From contig JAWLHK010000003.1 of assembly GCA_041690355.1 (NCBI GenBank), positions 173,428 through 237,427 of the forward strand: 64,000 nucleotides of DNA, read 5' to 3'. Origin of the DNA: a bacterium (GTDB lineage: Bacteria; J088; JAWLBW01). The notes below the pieces were generated by a model. It saw only the letters and a program-made list of their open reading frames with translations. It was not told the origin of the DNA and did not search any database. Positions 23,399 to 32,715 of the stretch are shown here, in pieces (the stretch's first letter is position 1; every line of letters starts with the position of its first letter). Both the position numbers and the translations under genes were made by a program.

Positions 23399-24537
23399 TC
23401 GAGCCCTACCTCGACGATGGTCATCGCGCCTTTCGCGAGACGTGCCGGCGCTTCGCCGAGCGCGAAATCCGGCCCTTCGCATCGCTGTGGGAAGAAGCGC
23501 ACGAATTTCCGCGTGACCTCTACGCGAAAGCAGGAGAGGCCGGCCTCCTCGGCGTGCTTTTCCCCTCGGAGTGGGGCGGCGGCGACGGCGACCTTTTTCA
23601 CGGCATCGTCATGGCCGAAGCTCTTCTTGCGGGTGGCAGCACGGGCACCTTCATCGGGCTCAACTCCCTTGGTATCGCCCTGCCCCCGATCCTGATGCTC
23701 GGCAACGACGAACAGAAACGCCGGTTCGTTCCGCCCGTTCTGCGAGGCAAGAAGATCGCAGCCCTGGCCGTGACCGAACCCGGCACCGGCAGCGACGTAG
23801 CCGGAATCCGCACTCGCGCCGTGCGTGACGGCGACAGTTACGTCCTCACCGGCTCGAAGATGTTCATTACATCCGGCGCCCGTGCCGACCAGGTGACCGT
23901 ACTGGCGCGCACCGGCGCCGATCCGCACGGAGGGCTGACCTTCTTCGTGGTCGATAGGGGAGCGCCCGGATTTTCTGTCGGGAGAGCGCTCCGGAAAACC
24001 GGCTGGTGGGCCTCAGATACCGCCGAACTGGTCTTCGAAAACGTACGCGTTCCGCTTGAGAATCGCCTGGGTGATGAAGGCTCCGGATTCGTGGCCCTCA
24101 TGCAGAACTTTCAGGGTGAACGGATCTCCATTTCGGTCATCGCAACCGCCAGCGCCGACCTCGCCCTTCAGGAGTCGATTCGCTACGCCGGCGAACGCCA
24201 TGCTTTCGGGCGGCAGCTCACCGGGTTCCAGGTAACGCGGCACAAGCTCGCCGCCATGGCGACCCTCGTGACCGCCGCGCAGGCCATGACCTACTCGGTC
24301 GCCGATCGAGTGCGCAAGGGGCAATACATCGTGAAGGAAGTCTCGATGGCGAAGAATTTCACGTGCGATGTTGCGCAGAAAGTATGTTATGACGCCGTGC
24401 AGATATTCGGCGGCATGGGCTACATGCGCGAAAGCCTCGTCGAGCGTCTCTCGCGTGATGTCCGCCTGCTTCCCATCGGCGGGGGCACGACAGAGATCAT
24501 GAACGAAATCATCGCCAAGATGATGAACCTGAACTGA
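23395..24537 (+). CDS. Acyl-CoA dehydrogenase
   Basis: [45 protein letters not shown] overlap with gntR. Confidence 0.95.
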   Translation: MIEPYLDDGHRAFRETCRRFAEREIRPFASLWEEAHEFPRDLYAKAGEAGLLGVLFPSEWGGGDGDLFHGIVMAEALLAGGSTGTFIGLNSLGIALPPILMLGNDEQKRRFVPPVLRGKKIAALAVTEPGTGSDVAGIRTRAVRDGDSYVLTGSKMFITSGARADQVTVLARTGADPHGGLTFFVVDRGAPGFSVGRALRKTGWWASDTAELVFENVRVPLENRLGDEGSGFVALMQNFQGERISISVIATASADLALQESIRYAGERHAFGRQLTGFQVTRHKLAAMATLVTAAQAMTYSVADRVRKGQYIVKEVSMAKNFTCDVAQKVCYDAVQIFGGMGYMRESLVERLSRDVRLLPIGGGTTEIMNEIIAKMMNLN

Positions 24538-24571
24538 ACCCGCCGCAGCTCGCGAAGGAGAACGGGTGCAC

Positions 24572-25642
24572 ATGCCTGGCAATCACTGGATGCTCTATGG
24601 CGCCAACGGGCACACGGGACGAACGATCCTCGAACATGCGGTTGCGGCCGGTGAAACGCCTGTGCTGGCCGGTCGCCGCCGAGAGGCCATCGAGCCGCTG
24701 GCAAAGCGGCATGGCCTCGAGTTCCGCATCTTTACGCTCGACGACGCATCGGCGATTCCGATGAATCTGAGAGGCATCGGCACCCTTCTCCTTGCCGCGG
24801 GCCCCTTCTCAGCCACCAGTGCACCGGCGCTCGACGCATGCCTTCTTGCCGGAACGAACTACGTCGACATCACCGGCGAGGTCGCCATATTCGAAGCGGT
24901 ACGCCGCCGGCACGAGGCCGCCGTCGGCAAGGGGATCGTGCTGTTTCCCGGCGCAGGCTTCGACGTCGTGCCGTCGGATTGCCTCGCGGCCGCTCTGCAC
25001 CAGGCGCTTCCTGACGCCCGGCGTCTGCAGCTTGCCATCGCCATCGAAGGCGAGCCGGGGCCGGGCTCGATCAAGACCGCGATCGAGGGGGCGGCCGATG
25101 GAGGATGGATCCGCCGCGACGGCATGCTCCTGCGGGTGCCGGCGGCGTGGCGGTATGCCAGAATCCCCTTCCCCCACCGAGACGCCTGGGCGATGACGAT
25201 TCCGTGGGGCGATCTTTCCACGGCCTGGTGGTCGACCGGCATTCCCGATATTGAGATCTACATGGCCACCCCCCGTCCGGCGATCCGCCTGATTCGGGCG
25301 GGCAGGCCGGCTCTACGCGTTCTCCGTAACGAAGCCGTGTTGCGGGCCGTTCAGAAACTTATCGACGTCTTCGTCACGGGCGGCGGTCCTGCCGCGCAGA
25401 AGGCGGGGGGCGCATGGGTGTGGGGTCGCGTCGAAAATGAGGCCGGGCGCAGCATCGCGGGAAGCGTCACGACCATGGAAACCACGTCCCTGACGGCCCA
25501 GACCACGGTCGACATCGTCCGTCGGCTGCAGCGCGGCGAAGTGGCGCCCGGCTGCACCACGCCCGCCCTTGCTTTCGGCCCCGACTACATCCGCCGCTTT
25601 CCGCGCACCACCATGACTCTCGAAGAGGAGATAACCGGATGA
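24572..25642 (+). CDS. Saccharopine dehydrogenase-like NAD(P)-binding oxidoreductase (trans-acting enoyl reductase-like)
   Basis: LYGANGHTG, LAGR, AGPF, YVDITGE, GFDVVPSD, IPWGD. Confidence 0.85.
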   Translation: MPGNHWMLYGANGHTGRTILEHAVAAGETPVLAGRRREAIEPLAKRHGLEFRIFTLDDASAIPMNLRGIGTLLLAAGPFSATSAPALDACLLAGTNYVDITGEVAIFEAVRRRHEAAVGKGIVLFPGAGFDVVPSDCLAAALHQALPDARRLQLAIAIEGEPGPGSIKTAIEGAADGGWIRRDGMLLRVPAAWRYARIPFPHRDAWAMTIPWGDLSTAWWSTGIPDIEIYMATPRPAIRLIRAGRPALRVLRNEAVLRAVQKLIDVFVTGGGPAAQKAGGAWVWGRVENEAGRSIAGSVTTMETTSLTAQTTVDIVRRLQRGEVAPGCTTPALAFGPDYIRRFPRTTMTLEEEITG

Positions 25643-26469
25643 GCTTTCCCCGACACCCCCGTGCCGTCATCACCGGCGCCGGAAGCGGATTCGGCCGCGC
25701 CCTCGCGCTCGCGCTCGCCCGGCGCCAGGGCCGCATTCTCGTAGCCGACGTGAATGCCGATGCGGCCGAAGCGACGGTCCGTCTCGTCGAGGCGGCAGGC
25801 GGCGCCGCAGTCGCCTTCCGCTGCGACGTCAGCCGGCTGACCGAAGTTGAAGCCGCGGCCGACCGGATCGATTCCCTCTGGGGCGGAGCCGACATCGTGG
25901 TCAACAATGCCGGCGTGGCGGCGGCCGGGTGCATCGGAGAGCTCGCCATGGCAGACTGGCAATGGATCGTGGGCATCAATCTGTGGGGGGTGATTCACGG
26001 GTGCCACGTCTTCGTCCCGCGCTTCCGTGAGCAGAAATGCGGATTCATTCTGAATGTCGCAGCCGCTGCGGGGTTCGTCTCCCTCCCCGAGATGGGCGCC
26101 TACAGCATGACCAAAGCCGGTGTCATTTCGCTGTCGGAGACTCTGTACGGGGAACTCGGGCCCGCCGGGGTCAATGTTACGGTCGCGTGCCCTTCGTTCT
26201 TCAAGACGAACCTGATGGAGACCTTTCGCTCGCCTGGTGCTCGCCAGCGGGTCATCGCGCAGAACCTGTTCAACCGCAGCACGGTCAGCGCCGATCAGGT
26301 AGCGGCCGATACACTGGCATCCCTGGAGGCGGGCCGCCTCTATGCCATCCCGCAGCGTGACGCCCGGCTGCTCTGGAGGCTCAAGCGCTTCAGTCCCTCG
26401 GCCTACTTCGGCACGATACGCAAGCGATTCTATTCGAAGGCGGTCGAACGGCAGCTCACCAAAGGGTGA
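25639..26469 (+). CDS. Short-chain dehydrogenase/reductase
   Basis: TGAGSGFG, NNAG, YSMTK; ATGA overlap with the upstream gene. Confidence 0.93.
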   Translation: MSFPRHPRAVITGAGSGFGRALALALARRQGRILVADVNADAAEATVRLVEAAGGAAVAFRCDVSRLTEVEAAADRIDSLWGGADIVVNNAGVAAAGCIGELAMADWQWIVGINLWGVIHGCHVFVPRFREQKCGFILNVAAAAGFVSLPEMGAYSMTKAGVISLSETLYGELGPAGVNVTVACPSFFKTNLMETFRSPGARQRVIAQNLFNRSTVSADQVAADTLASLEAGRLYAIPQRDARLLWRLKRFSPSAYFGTIRKRFYSKAVERQLTKG

Positions 26470-26501
26470 AGCGCGCCCCCGGATAATCGAGTGCAGCCGA
26501 C

Positions 26502-26993
26502 TCAGGCCTCGATCCGCTCGAGCCAGCGGTAGGTGACGCGCGGATCGGCGCCCGGGTGACGCTTGACCTCGCGCCATTCGGCCTCGTCCCAGGCGGGAAA
26601 GCGGGTATCGCCCGGAATGGCGTCGTCGATGACCGTGAGAATCAGGCGGGTGGCCAGTGGGAGCGCTTCGGCAAAGATCGCGGCGCCGCCGACGACCCGC
26701 GGCTCGTCGTCGCCCCCGTCGCGGGCCATGCGGACGGCGGTCTCCAGATCGGGGGCCATGTCGACACCCGGTATCTGCAGCGCCCGATTGCGCGTGATGA
26801 CGATGGAGCGCCGGTTGGGAAGCGGACGACCGATGGAATCATAGGTCTTGCGCCCCATGATCATGGCATGGCCGGTTGTTTCTGCCTTGTAGTGCTTCAG
26901 GTCTTCGGGGATGTGCCAGGGGAGCCCCCCGTCGCGGCCGATGACCCCCTCGCGCGTCATGGCGACGACGATGGCAAGCGGCTCGCGGCTCAC
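26502..26993 (-). CDS. folA: Dihydrofolate reductase
   Basis: IGRDGGLPWHIPEDLKHYK, MGRKTYDSIGRPLPNR, VGGA, GDTRFP; GTG start overlaps the upstream stop. Confidence 0.95.
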   Translation of the reverse strand: MSREPLAIVVAMTREGVIGRDGGLPWHIPEDLKHYKAETTGHAMIMGRKTYDSIGRPLPNRRSIVITRNRALQIPGVDMAPDLETAVRMARDGGDDEPRVVGGAAIFAEALPLATRLILTVIDDAIPGDTRFPAWDEAEWREVKRHPGADPRVTYRWLERIEA

Positions 26994-27493
26994 GGCTTCT
27001 CCTTCTCGGCCTGCGGGTGCTGCGGGAGAAAGTCGTCGATGCCCGGAAAAAAATTCCGCGTCGCGTTGAAGGCGTGACAGGTGTTCTTTTCGTTCAGAAA
27101 CGAGAACATCATCTTTTCCCATGCCTGGCGGTCGGGAACCTCCTGTCCGAGTCCGTCCCAGAAGACCTTCTGCACGAGGTAATCGAAGGTGTTGTCGGCA
27201 AGCTCCCCGATGTGCGTGCAGCCGGATTCGCGGGCAATGGCCTCGCGATAGGCGCGTTTGACCTTCAGGCCGAATCTGACCCCCACGAGCGCACCGATGG
27301 AAGCCGTCGCCCCCGGGCATACCGTGTAAGGATGGCGCGACATCTCGGCACGCGCCTCGGTAATGACCAGCCCCTTCAGATCGATCGCCAGCTCGAGGCG
27401 CATCGCGTGATAGTCGTCTTCCATCGTACTGACCGAGCGCAAGGAGTCTCCCTCATGCTCGACGTCGATGATGATGGCGCGTCGCAGCTTCAT
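26990..27493 (-). CDS. DUF2889-like protein
   Basis: H.M.L.L.ID, HPYTVC, GCTHIGEL and C-terminal TCHAF motifs. Confidence 0.72.
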   Translation of the reverse strand: MKLRRAIIIDVEHEGDSLRSVSTMEDDYHAMRLELAIDLKGLVITEARAEMSRHPYTVCPGATASIGALVGVRFGLKVKRAYREAIARESGCTHIGELADNTFDYLVQKVFWDGLGQEVPDRQAWEKMMFSFLNEKNTCHAFNATRNFFPGIDDFLPQHPQAEKEKP

Positions 27494-28335
27494 CAGACAG
27501 AGACCTCGGCCTTGATGTGGGGATGCGGATCGTAACCTTCGAGCGTAAAGTCTTCGAAGCGGAAGGCGAACAGATCCTTGACCGCAGGATTCAAGCGCAT
27601 TTGCGGAACCGGGCGCGGATCGCGTGTGAGCTGCAGACGCGCCTGTTCCAGATGGTTGCGATACAGGTGCGCGTCGCCGAGCGTGTGCACGAAGTCACCG
27701 GGCTTCAAGTCCGAAACCTGGGCGACCATGAGCGTCAGCAGCGCGTAGCTCGCGATGTTGAAGGGAACGCCGAGAAAAACGTCGGCGCTGCGTTGATACA
27801 GCTGACAGCTCAGTTCCCCGTCCTGCACATAGAACTGAAAGAGTGTATGACAGGGCGGAAGCGCGACCTGGTCGGCCTCGAGCGGATTCCAGCCGGTCAC
27901 GAGCAGCCGGCGGCTGTTCGGATTGGTCCGGATCTGATCTAGTAGATTGCGGATCTGATCAACGCCGTCGCTGCGGTAGGTTCCGTCCGGGTTCCGGGTC
28001 GCCCCGAAATTGCGCCACTGGTGGCCGTAGACCGGACCGAGATCTCCCGCCTGGCGCCCGAAGCGCGCGGCCTGCTCTGCCGTCGCCCATTCGTCCCAGA
28101 TGGTCACACCCACGGCCTGCAGCGAAGCCACGTGGGTCTCGCCGCGCAGAAACCAGAGCAGTTCGTGGATGATCGAGCGCAGATGCAGCTTCTTGGTCGT
28201 CAGCAGGGGGAAGCCTTCGCGCAGATCGAAGCGCATCTGGTGCCCGAAGATTCCCCGCGTGCCGGTGCCTGTGCGGTCTTCGCGATCCTTGCCGTGATCA
28301 AGGATTGTCTGCAGGAGGTCGAGGTATTGTCTCAT
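27493..28335 (-). CDS. thyA: Thymidylate synthase
   Basis: [44 protein letters not shown]. Confidence 0.98.
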   Translation of the reverse strand: MRQYLDLLQTILDHGKDREDRTGTGTRGIFGHQMRFDLREGFPLLTTKKLHLRSIIHELLWFLRGETHVASLQAVGVTIWDEWATAEQAARFGRQAGDLGPVYGHQWRNFGATRNPDGTYRSDGVDQIRNLLDQIRTNPNSRRLLVTGWNPLEADQVALPPCHTLFQFYVQDGELSCQLYQRSADVFLGVPFNIASYALLTLMVAQVSDLKPGDFVHTLGDAHLYRNHLEQARLQLTRDPRPVPQMRLNPAVKDLFAFRFEDFTLEGYDPHPHIKAEVSV

Positions 28336-28401
28336 CGCTCACACTCTACCAATGCCCGATGTTCCATGGCCACTGCCCGATGGCCAGCCTCGAACCGGGC
28401 G

Positions 28402-29637
28402 CTAGCGGAAACCGGCAAGGTCGCGCAGCTCCGCGAAGGGCAGCTCGGCGCCCCCGTCGGGCTCGAGGGCGCGCATCGTACCGTCGGCCTCGAGAATGAG
28501 CACGATGCGGATGCCCGTTCGGCGCGCGAACTCCAGCGACTCGCTCCACGGGCGCCGCACGATGTCGCGGCTGACGGCGCAACCGAGCGCTCGAAGCTCC
28601 TGCGCGATCCGCAGGGCCTCGCCGCGCTCGCCGCGCAGATTGACGATGTGAATACGGGGCGGCGCAACCGACGCCACCATCGGCAACGCGGCGGCCAGGT
28701 CGATGGCGCAGCCGACCGCCGGCAGATCGCGACCGTAGTCCTTGAGCAGGCCGTCGTAGCGCCCCCCGGCAGCCAGCGGCTGGCGCAGGCCGGGCGCGTA
28801 GACGTGAAAGAAGAAACCCGAGTAATAGGCGAAACCGCCGACCTCGCCCGGATCGAAGGTCACCCGCACACGGACCCCGTACTCGCCGAGCACCTGCACG
28901 ATGCCGCGCAGCTCGCGCAGCGCCTTGGCATCCAGTTCGACCCCGAGTGCGTCGACGGCGTCGGGCGATTCAAGCCCGAACGCCTCAGCCATGACACGGG
29001 CCTCGCCGTGCGCCCGGTCGTCGAGAATACCCTGTTGCCGCAGATCGTCGAGCAGGCGCACGTCTTTACGCTCGAATGCGTTGAGAACGGCCCGGGAAGC
29101 GGACTCGTCGAGGTGCCACCGGGCAAGGATCCCCTTGAGAAATCCGGCGTGTCCGAGATCGACCTGCAGGTCTGCCGCTCCGAGCGCCGACAGGGCTTCG
29201 AGCGTCACGGCGATGATTTCGGCATCGGCTTCGGGGCCGGGCGCACCCGCCAGCTCGGCGCCTGCCTGCCAGACCTCGCGCAAGGCGCCACGCCCGTCCT
29301 CGACGTTGCGCAGTACGCGATCGACGTAGAAGAGTCTCAACGGCGGCGGCACCGCGGCCAGTTCGCCGGCCATGACGCGCGCCGCCTGCAGCGTCATGTC
29401 GGCGCGCAGGGCCAGCATCTCGCCCGAGCGATCGGCGAAGCGAAAACTCTGCCGCAACAGCTGCGTATCGGCGCCACGCGCAAAGGTCTCGGCATCTTCG
29501 ACGAGCGACGGCACGAAGCGGCGAAATCCCCACCGCGCATAGACTTCGGCGACGCGCTGCGAAGCTTCGTGCAGCGCATCGGCACGTTCGTATGCGTAGT
29601 CGCGGAACCCTTTGGGCAGGTAGTTCATGGACACCAT
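28402..29637 (-). CDS. hisZ: ATP phosphoribosyltransferase regulatory subunit
   Basis: LPKGFRD, LRADMT, REVWQAGAEL, YYSGFFF, GGRYDGL, PAVG; HisRS-like. Start is 29637 or 29628. Confidence 0.88.
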   Translation of the reverse strand: MVSMNYLPKGFRDYAYERADALHEASQRVAEVYARWGFRRFVPSLVEDAETFARGADTQLLRQSFRFADRSGEMLALRADMTLQAARVMAGELAAVPPPLRLFYVDRVLRNVEDGRGALREVWQAGAELAGAPGPEADAEIIAVTLEALSALGAADLQVDLGHAGFLKGILARWHLDESASRAVLNAFERKDVRLLDDLRQQGILDDRAHGEARVMAEAFGLESPDAVDALGVELDAKALRELRGIVQVLGEYGVRVRVTFDPGEVGGFAYYSGFFFHVYAPGLRQPLAAGGRYDGLLKDYGRDLPAVGCAIDLAAALPMVASVAPPRIHIVNLRGERGEALRIAQELRALGCAVSRDIVRRPWSESLEFARRTGIRIVLILEADGTMRALEPDGGAELPFAELRDLAGFR

Positions 29638-29639
29638 GC

Positions 29640-29666
29640 AAAAAGGCCCCCGGCGTGGCGGGGGCC
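29640..29666 (-). terminator. Terminator after serA
   Basis: Minus strand GGCCCCCG-loop-CGGGGGCC followed by T5. Confidence 0.75.
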
Positions 29667-29673
29667 GTTCAAC

Positions 29674-31269
29674 TTACTTCCCGAGCACCGCCTGGCGCAC
29701 GCCGATGATGGCGGGCAGGCTGCCCAGCTCCTTCACCTGCTCTTCAGTCAGCGGCTTTTCGAGCAGAACGACGCTCATCGCGGTTCCGCTCTGGCTCGGC
29801 GTACGGCCGACGTACATCTGCACGATGTTGATGCCGTGCTTGGCCATGGCCGTACCGACGTTGCCGATGACCCCGGGCACGTCCTCGTTCTCGAAGAGGA
29901 CCACGGTGCCCGTCGGTACGATTTCGACGAGGAATTCGTCGATACGCACGATGCGCACGTCGTTCTTGCCGAACAGGGCGCCGACCAGAACGTGTTCGCC
30001 CTTGTCGGTGGTCGTGCGCAGCGTGATCGTCGACGCGAAGTCTTCGGCCTTGCTGTGCTTGCTCTCGAGAATCTCGATGCCGCGTTCTCTGGCCATGACC
30101 GGGGCGTTAACGTAGTTTACGCCTTCGGTGATGGCGTCGAAGAAGCCTTTCTGAAAGGCGACCGTGATCGGGGCGACCCCGAGGTTGACGACGTCGCCCG
30201 CATACTCGACCGTAACCTTCTTGAGGTTACCCTGCGCGAGCTGCGCCTGCATGGCGCCCATGCTCTCGGCCAGGCGCAGATACGGCTGCAGCGTGGGCAA
30301 CGCTTCGGGAGAGACGCTCGGCACGTTGACGGCATTGCGAATGCCGCCGCTCGTGAGATACTCGACAATCTGCTCGGCAATGGCGATCGAGACGTTCACC
30401 TGCGCTTCGTCGGTGCTCGCGCCGAGGTGCGGCGTCACGATGACTTCGTCGAGCGTCAGCAGCGGGTGATCGGCGGGCACGGGTTCTTCGACGAAGACGT
30501 CGAACGCGGCGCCCGCAACCTTGCCTTCCTTGATGGCGTCGTAGAGATCCTTTTCGTCGACGATGCCGCCGCGCGCGCAGTTGATGATGCGCACGCCCTT
30601 CTTCATCTTCGCGAAGGTGTCCTTGTTCAGCAAGCCGCGCGTCTTGTCGGTGAGCGGCGTGTGCACGGTGATAAAGTCGGCGCGCTCCCAGATCTGGTCC
30701 AGCGTCGCGAGCTCGATCCCCATGGCCTGCGCCTTCTCCTGGGTCACGAACGGGTCGAAGGCGAGGACGTGCATCTTCAGGCCCAGTGCGCGATCGGCCA
30801 CGATCGAGCCGATGTTGCCCAGGCCGACGACGCCGAGCGTCTTGTTGAAGAGCTCAGAGCCCATGAACTTCTTCTTCTCCCACTTGCCGCCCTTGGTGGT
30901 CGACGTCGCCTGCGGAATCCACCGCGCCAGGCTCATCATCATGGCCACGGTATGTTCGGCGGTGGTCGTCGTATTGCCGCCCGGGGTGTTCATGACCACG
31001 ATACCCTTGGCGCTCGCGGCGGGGACATCAATGTTGTCGACGCCGATGCCGGCGCGGCCGATGACCTTCATCTTTTCGGCAATCGCGATGACATCGGCGG
31101 TGACGTTGGTGGCCGAACGCACGGCGAGGCCGTCGTACTGGCCGATGATCGCCTTGAGTTCATCGGGCTTGAGGCCAGTCTTCACATCGACTTCGATGCC
31201 GGGCGCCTTCTTCAGGATTTCGACCCCTTCCTTGGCGAGGGAGTCACTGACGAGAACTTTGAATGACAT
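29674..31269 (-). CDS. serA: D-3-phosphoglycerate dehydrogenase (long form with ASB and ACT domains)
   Basis: GRAGIGVDNID, GLGNIG, NCARGG, TPHLGASTDEAQ, C-terminal DVPGVIG. Confidence 0.96.
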   Translation of the reverse strand: MSFKVLVSDSLAKEGVEILKKAPGIEVDVKTGLKPDELKAIIGQYDGLAVRSATNVTADVIAIAEKMKVIGRAGIGVDNIDVPAASAKGIVVMNTPGGNTTTTAEHTVAMMMSLARWIPQATSTTKGGKWEKKKFMGSELFNKTLGVVGLGNIGSIVADRALGLKMHVLAFDPFVTQEKAQAMGIELATLDQIWERADFITVHTPLTDKTRGLLNKDTFAKMKKGVRIINCARGGIVDEKDLYDAIKEGKVAGAAFDVFVEEPVPADHPLLTLDEVIVTPHLGASTDEAQVNVSIAIAEQIVEYLTSGGIRNAVNVPSVSPEALPTLQPYLRLAESMGAMQAQLAQGNLKKVTVEYAGDVVNLGVAPITVAFQKGFFDAITEGVNYVNAPVMARERGIEILESKHSKAEDFASTITLRTTTDKGEHVLVGALFGKNDVRIVRIDEFLVEIVPTGTVVLFENEDVPGVIGNVGTAMAKHGINIVQMYVGRTPSQSGTAMSVVLLEKPLTEEQVKELGSLPAIIGVRQAVLGK

Positions 31270-31336
31270 GATGCGAACCGTAGAAAGAATTGAGAAGCGC
31301 CATGCGGGACGAATCCCGGCATGGCGCCCTGGCGCC

Positions 31337-32494
31337 TTACTTGGCGGCCGGGAAATAATCGTTCAGAATCTGCTGCGCCACCGCGACCCCCTTGCCCAGC
31401 TCGATGCTGGCGCCGAACTTCACGAGGGCCATTTCGATGGCCGAGATGGCGATGATGATGTCGAACGGCTCGTAGTAGCCGAGGTGCGCGACGCGGATAA
31501 TCTTGCCCTTGAGGTGATCCTGACCGCCGGCGAGCGTGACGCCCATCTGGTCGCGCAGATACTTGACCACCTTGCCCCCTTCGACCCCCTCGGGGACGAA
31601 GATACCCGTCGCCGAATCGGCGGGCGCATCGGGAGCGACGAGCTTCAGCCCCTGCGCCTTGAAAGCCTCGCGCACGGCCTTGCCGAGCAGCGCCTGACGG
31701 CTGAAGGCGTTCTCGAGGCCTTCTTTCTTGAACATCTTGAGCACTTCGTTCAGCCCGATGATCAGCGAAACCGCGGGCGTCCAGGCCGTCGTCTTGTCGG
31801 CGAGGTTCTTGCGCTCGGTGGCGAGGTTGAAATAGAACTTCGGCAGATCGCCCTCGGCCTGCTTCTTCCACGCCTTGTCGCTCAGCGCGATGAATGCGAG
31901 CCCCGGCGGCAGCATGAACGCCTTCTGGCTGCCCGACAGCAGAATGTCGATGCCCCAGTCATCCATCGGCAGCGGCATGACGCCGACGCCCGTGATGCCG
32001 TCGACGACGAGCAGCGTCGACGTGTCGCGCGTCAGCTTGGCGATCGCTTCGACGGGATGCTTGGCCGTCGTCGACGTCTCGGATGCCTGCATGAGCACGG
32101 CGCCGACATTGTCGTTTTCCTTCAGGGCCTTTTCGATGGCGGCCGGCTCGACCGCCTTGCCCCACTCGACCTTGATCTCGATGGTCTCGATGCCGTAGGC
32201 CTTGCAGATCTTGCCCCAGCGCTCGCCGAACTTGCCGCCGTTGACGACAATGGCCTTCTCACCCTTCTTCAGGCAGTTCGTGACCGAGGCCTCCATGGCG
32301 CCGGTGCCCGAAGCCGCGAGGATGAGCACGTCCTGCTTGGTCTGGAAGACGTACTTCAGGTTCTCGGCCGCTTCGGCAAAGATCGCCGAGAACTGCGGGG
32401 TACGGTGGTGAATCATGGGCTGCGCCATGGCGAGAAGCGCCTCGGCGGGGACAGCCGTCGGCCCGGGGGCCAAGAGATAATTTTTAAGAGGCAT
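31337..32494 (-). CDS. Class V PLP aminotransferase (alanine-glyoxylate/serine-pyruvate family; likely non-canonical phosphoserine aminotransferase)
   Basis: LLAPGPT, HHRT, SGTGAME, ETST, GSQKAFMLPPG, GGQDHLKGKIIRVAH; directly upstream of serA; start placed at MPLKNY. Confidence 0.88.
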   Translation of the reverse strand: MPLKNYLLAPGPTAVPAEALLAMAQPMIHHRTPQFSAIFAEAAENLKYVFQTKQDVLILAASGTGAMEASVTNCLKKGEKAIVVNGGKFGERWGKICKAYGIETIEIKVEWGKAVEPAAIEKALKENDNVGAVLMQASETSTTAKHPVEAIAKLTRDTSTLLVVDGITGVGVMPLPMDDWGIDILLSGSQKAFMLPPGLAFIALSDKAWKKQAEGDLPKFYFNLATERKNLADKTTAWTPAVSLIIGLNEVLKMFKKEGLENAFSRQALLGKAVREAFKAQGLKLVAPDAPADSATGIFVPEGVEGGKVVKYLRDQMGVTLAGGQDHLKGKIIRVAHLGYYEPFDIIIAISAIEMALVKFGASIELGKGVAVAQQILNDYFPAAK

Positions 32495-32660
32495 GGGGGA
32501 AAACTCCCTGAGACAAGAAACGAAGCGAGCAGTTGGGTTTGACACGCTCCGCTCACCGGTGCTGCACGCCGTGCGAGCGGCGAAAAATTAATCAAATAGT
32601 GTAGCATGCGGGGGCGCGTTCCATCAACTTCCGCGTCCCCATCCGACGCTCCGCAGCGCG

Positions 32661-32696
32661 AAAACAAACAGGCCCGCCGTTGCCGGCGGGCCTGTT
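32661..32696 (-). terminator. Terminator of the nuo operon
   Basis: AACAGGCCCGCC-6 nt-GGCGGGCCTGTT stem followed by TGTTTT on the minus strand. Confidence 0.8.
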
Positions 32697-32715
32697 CGTG
32701 TGAACCGATGCAAAC

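Noticed and set aside
26994-27320. Apparent N-terminal extension or fusion on DHFR
   Set aside because: It is an alternate frame of the DUF2889-like gene; folA starts at GTG 26993
28021-32542. 1081-aa and 659-aa plus-strand ORFs
   Set aside because: Antisense to thyA, hisZ, serA and the aminotransferase; no domain signatures
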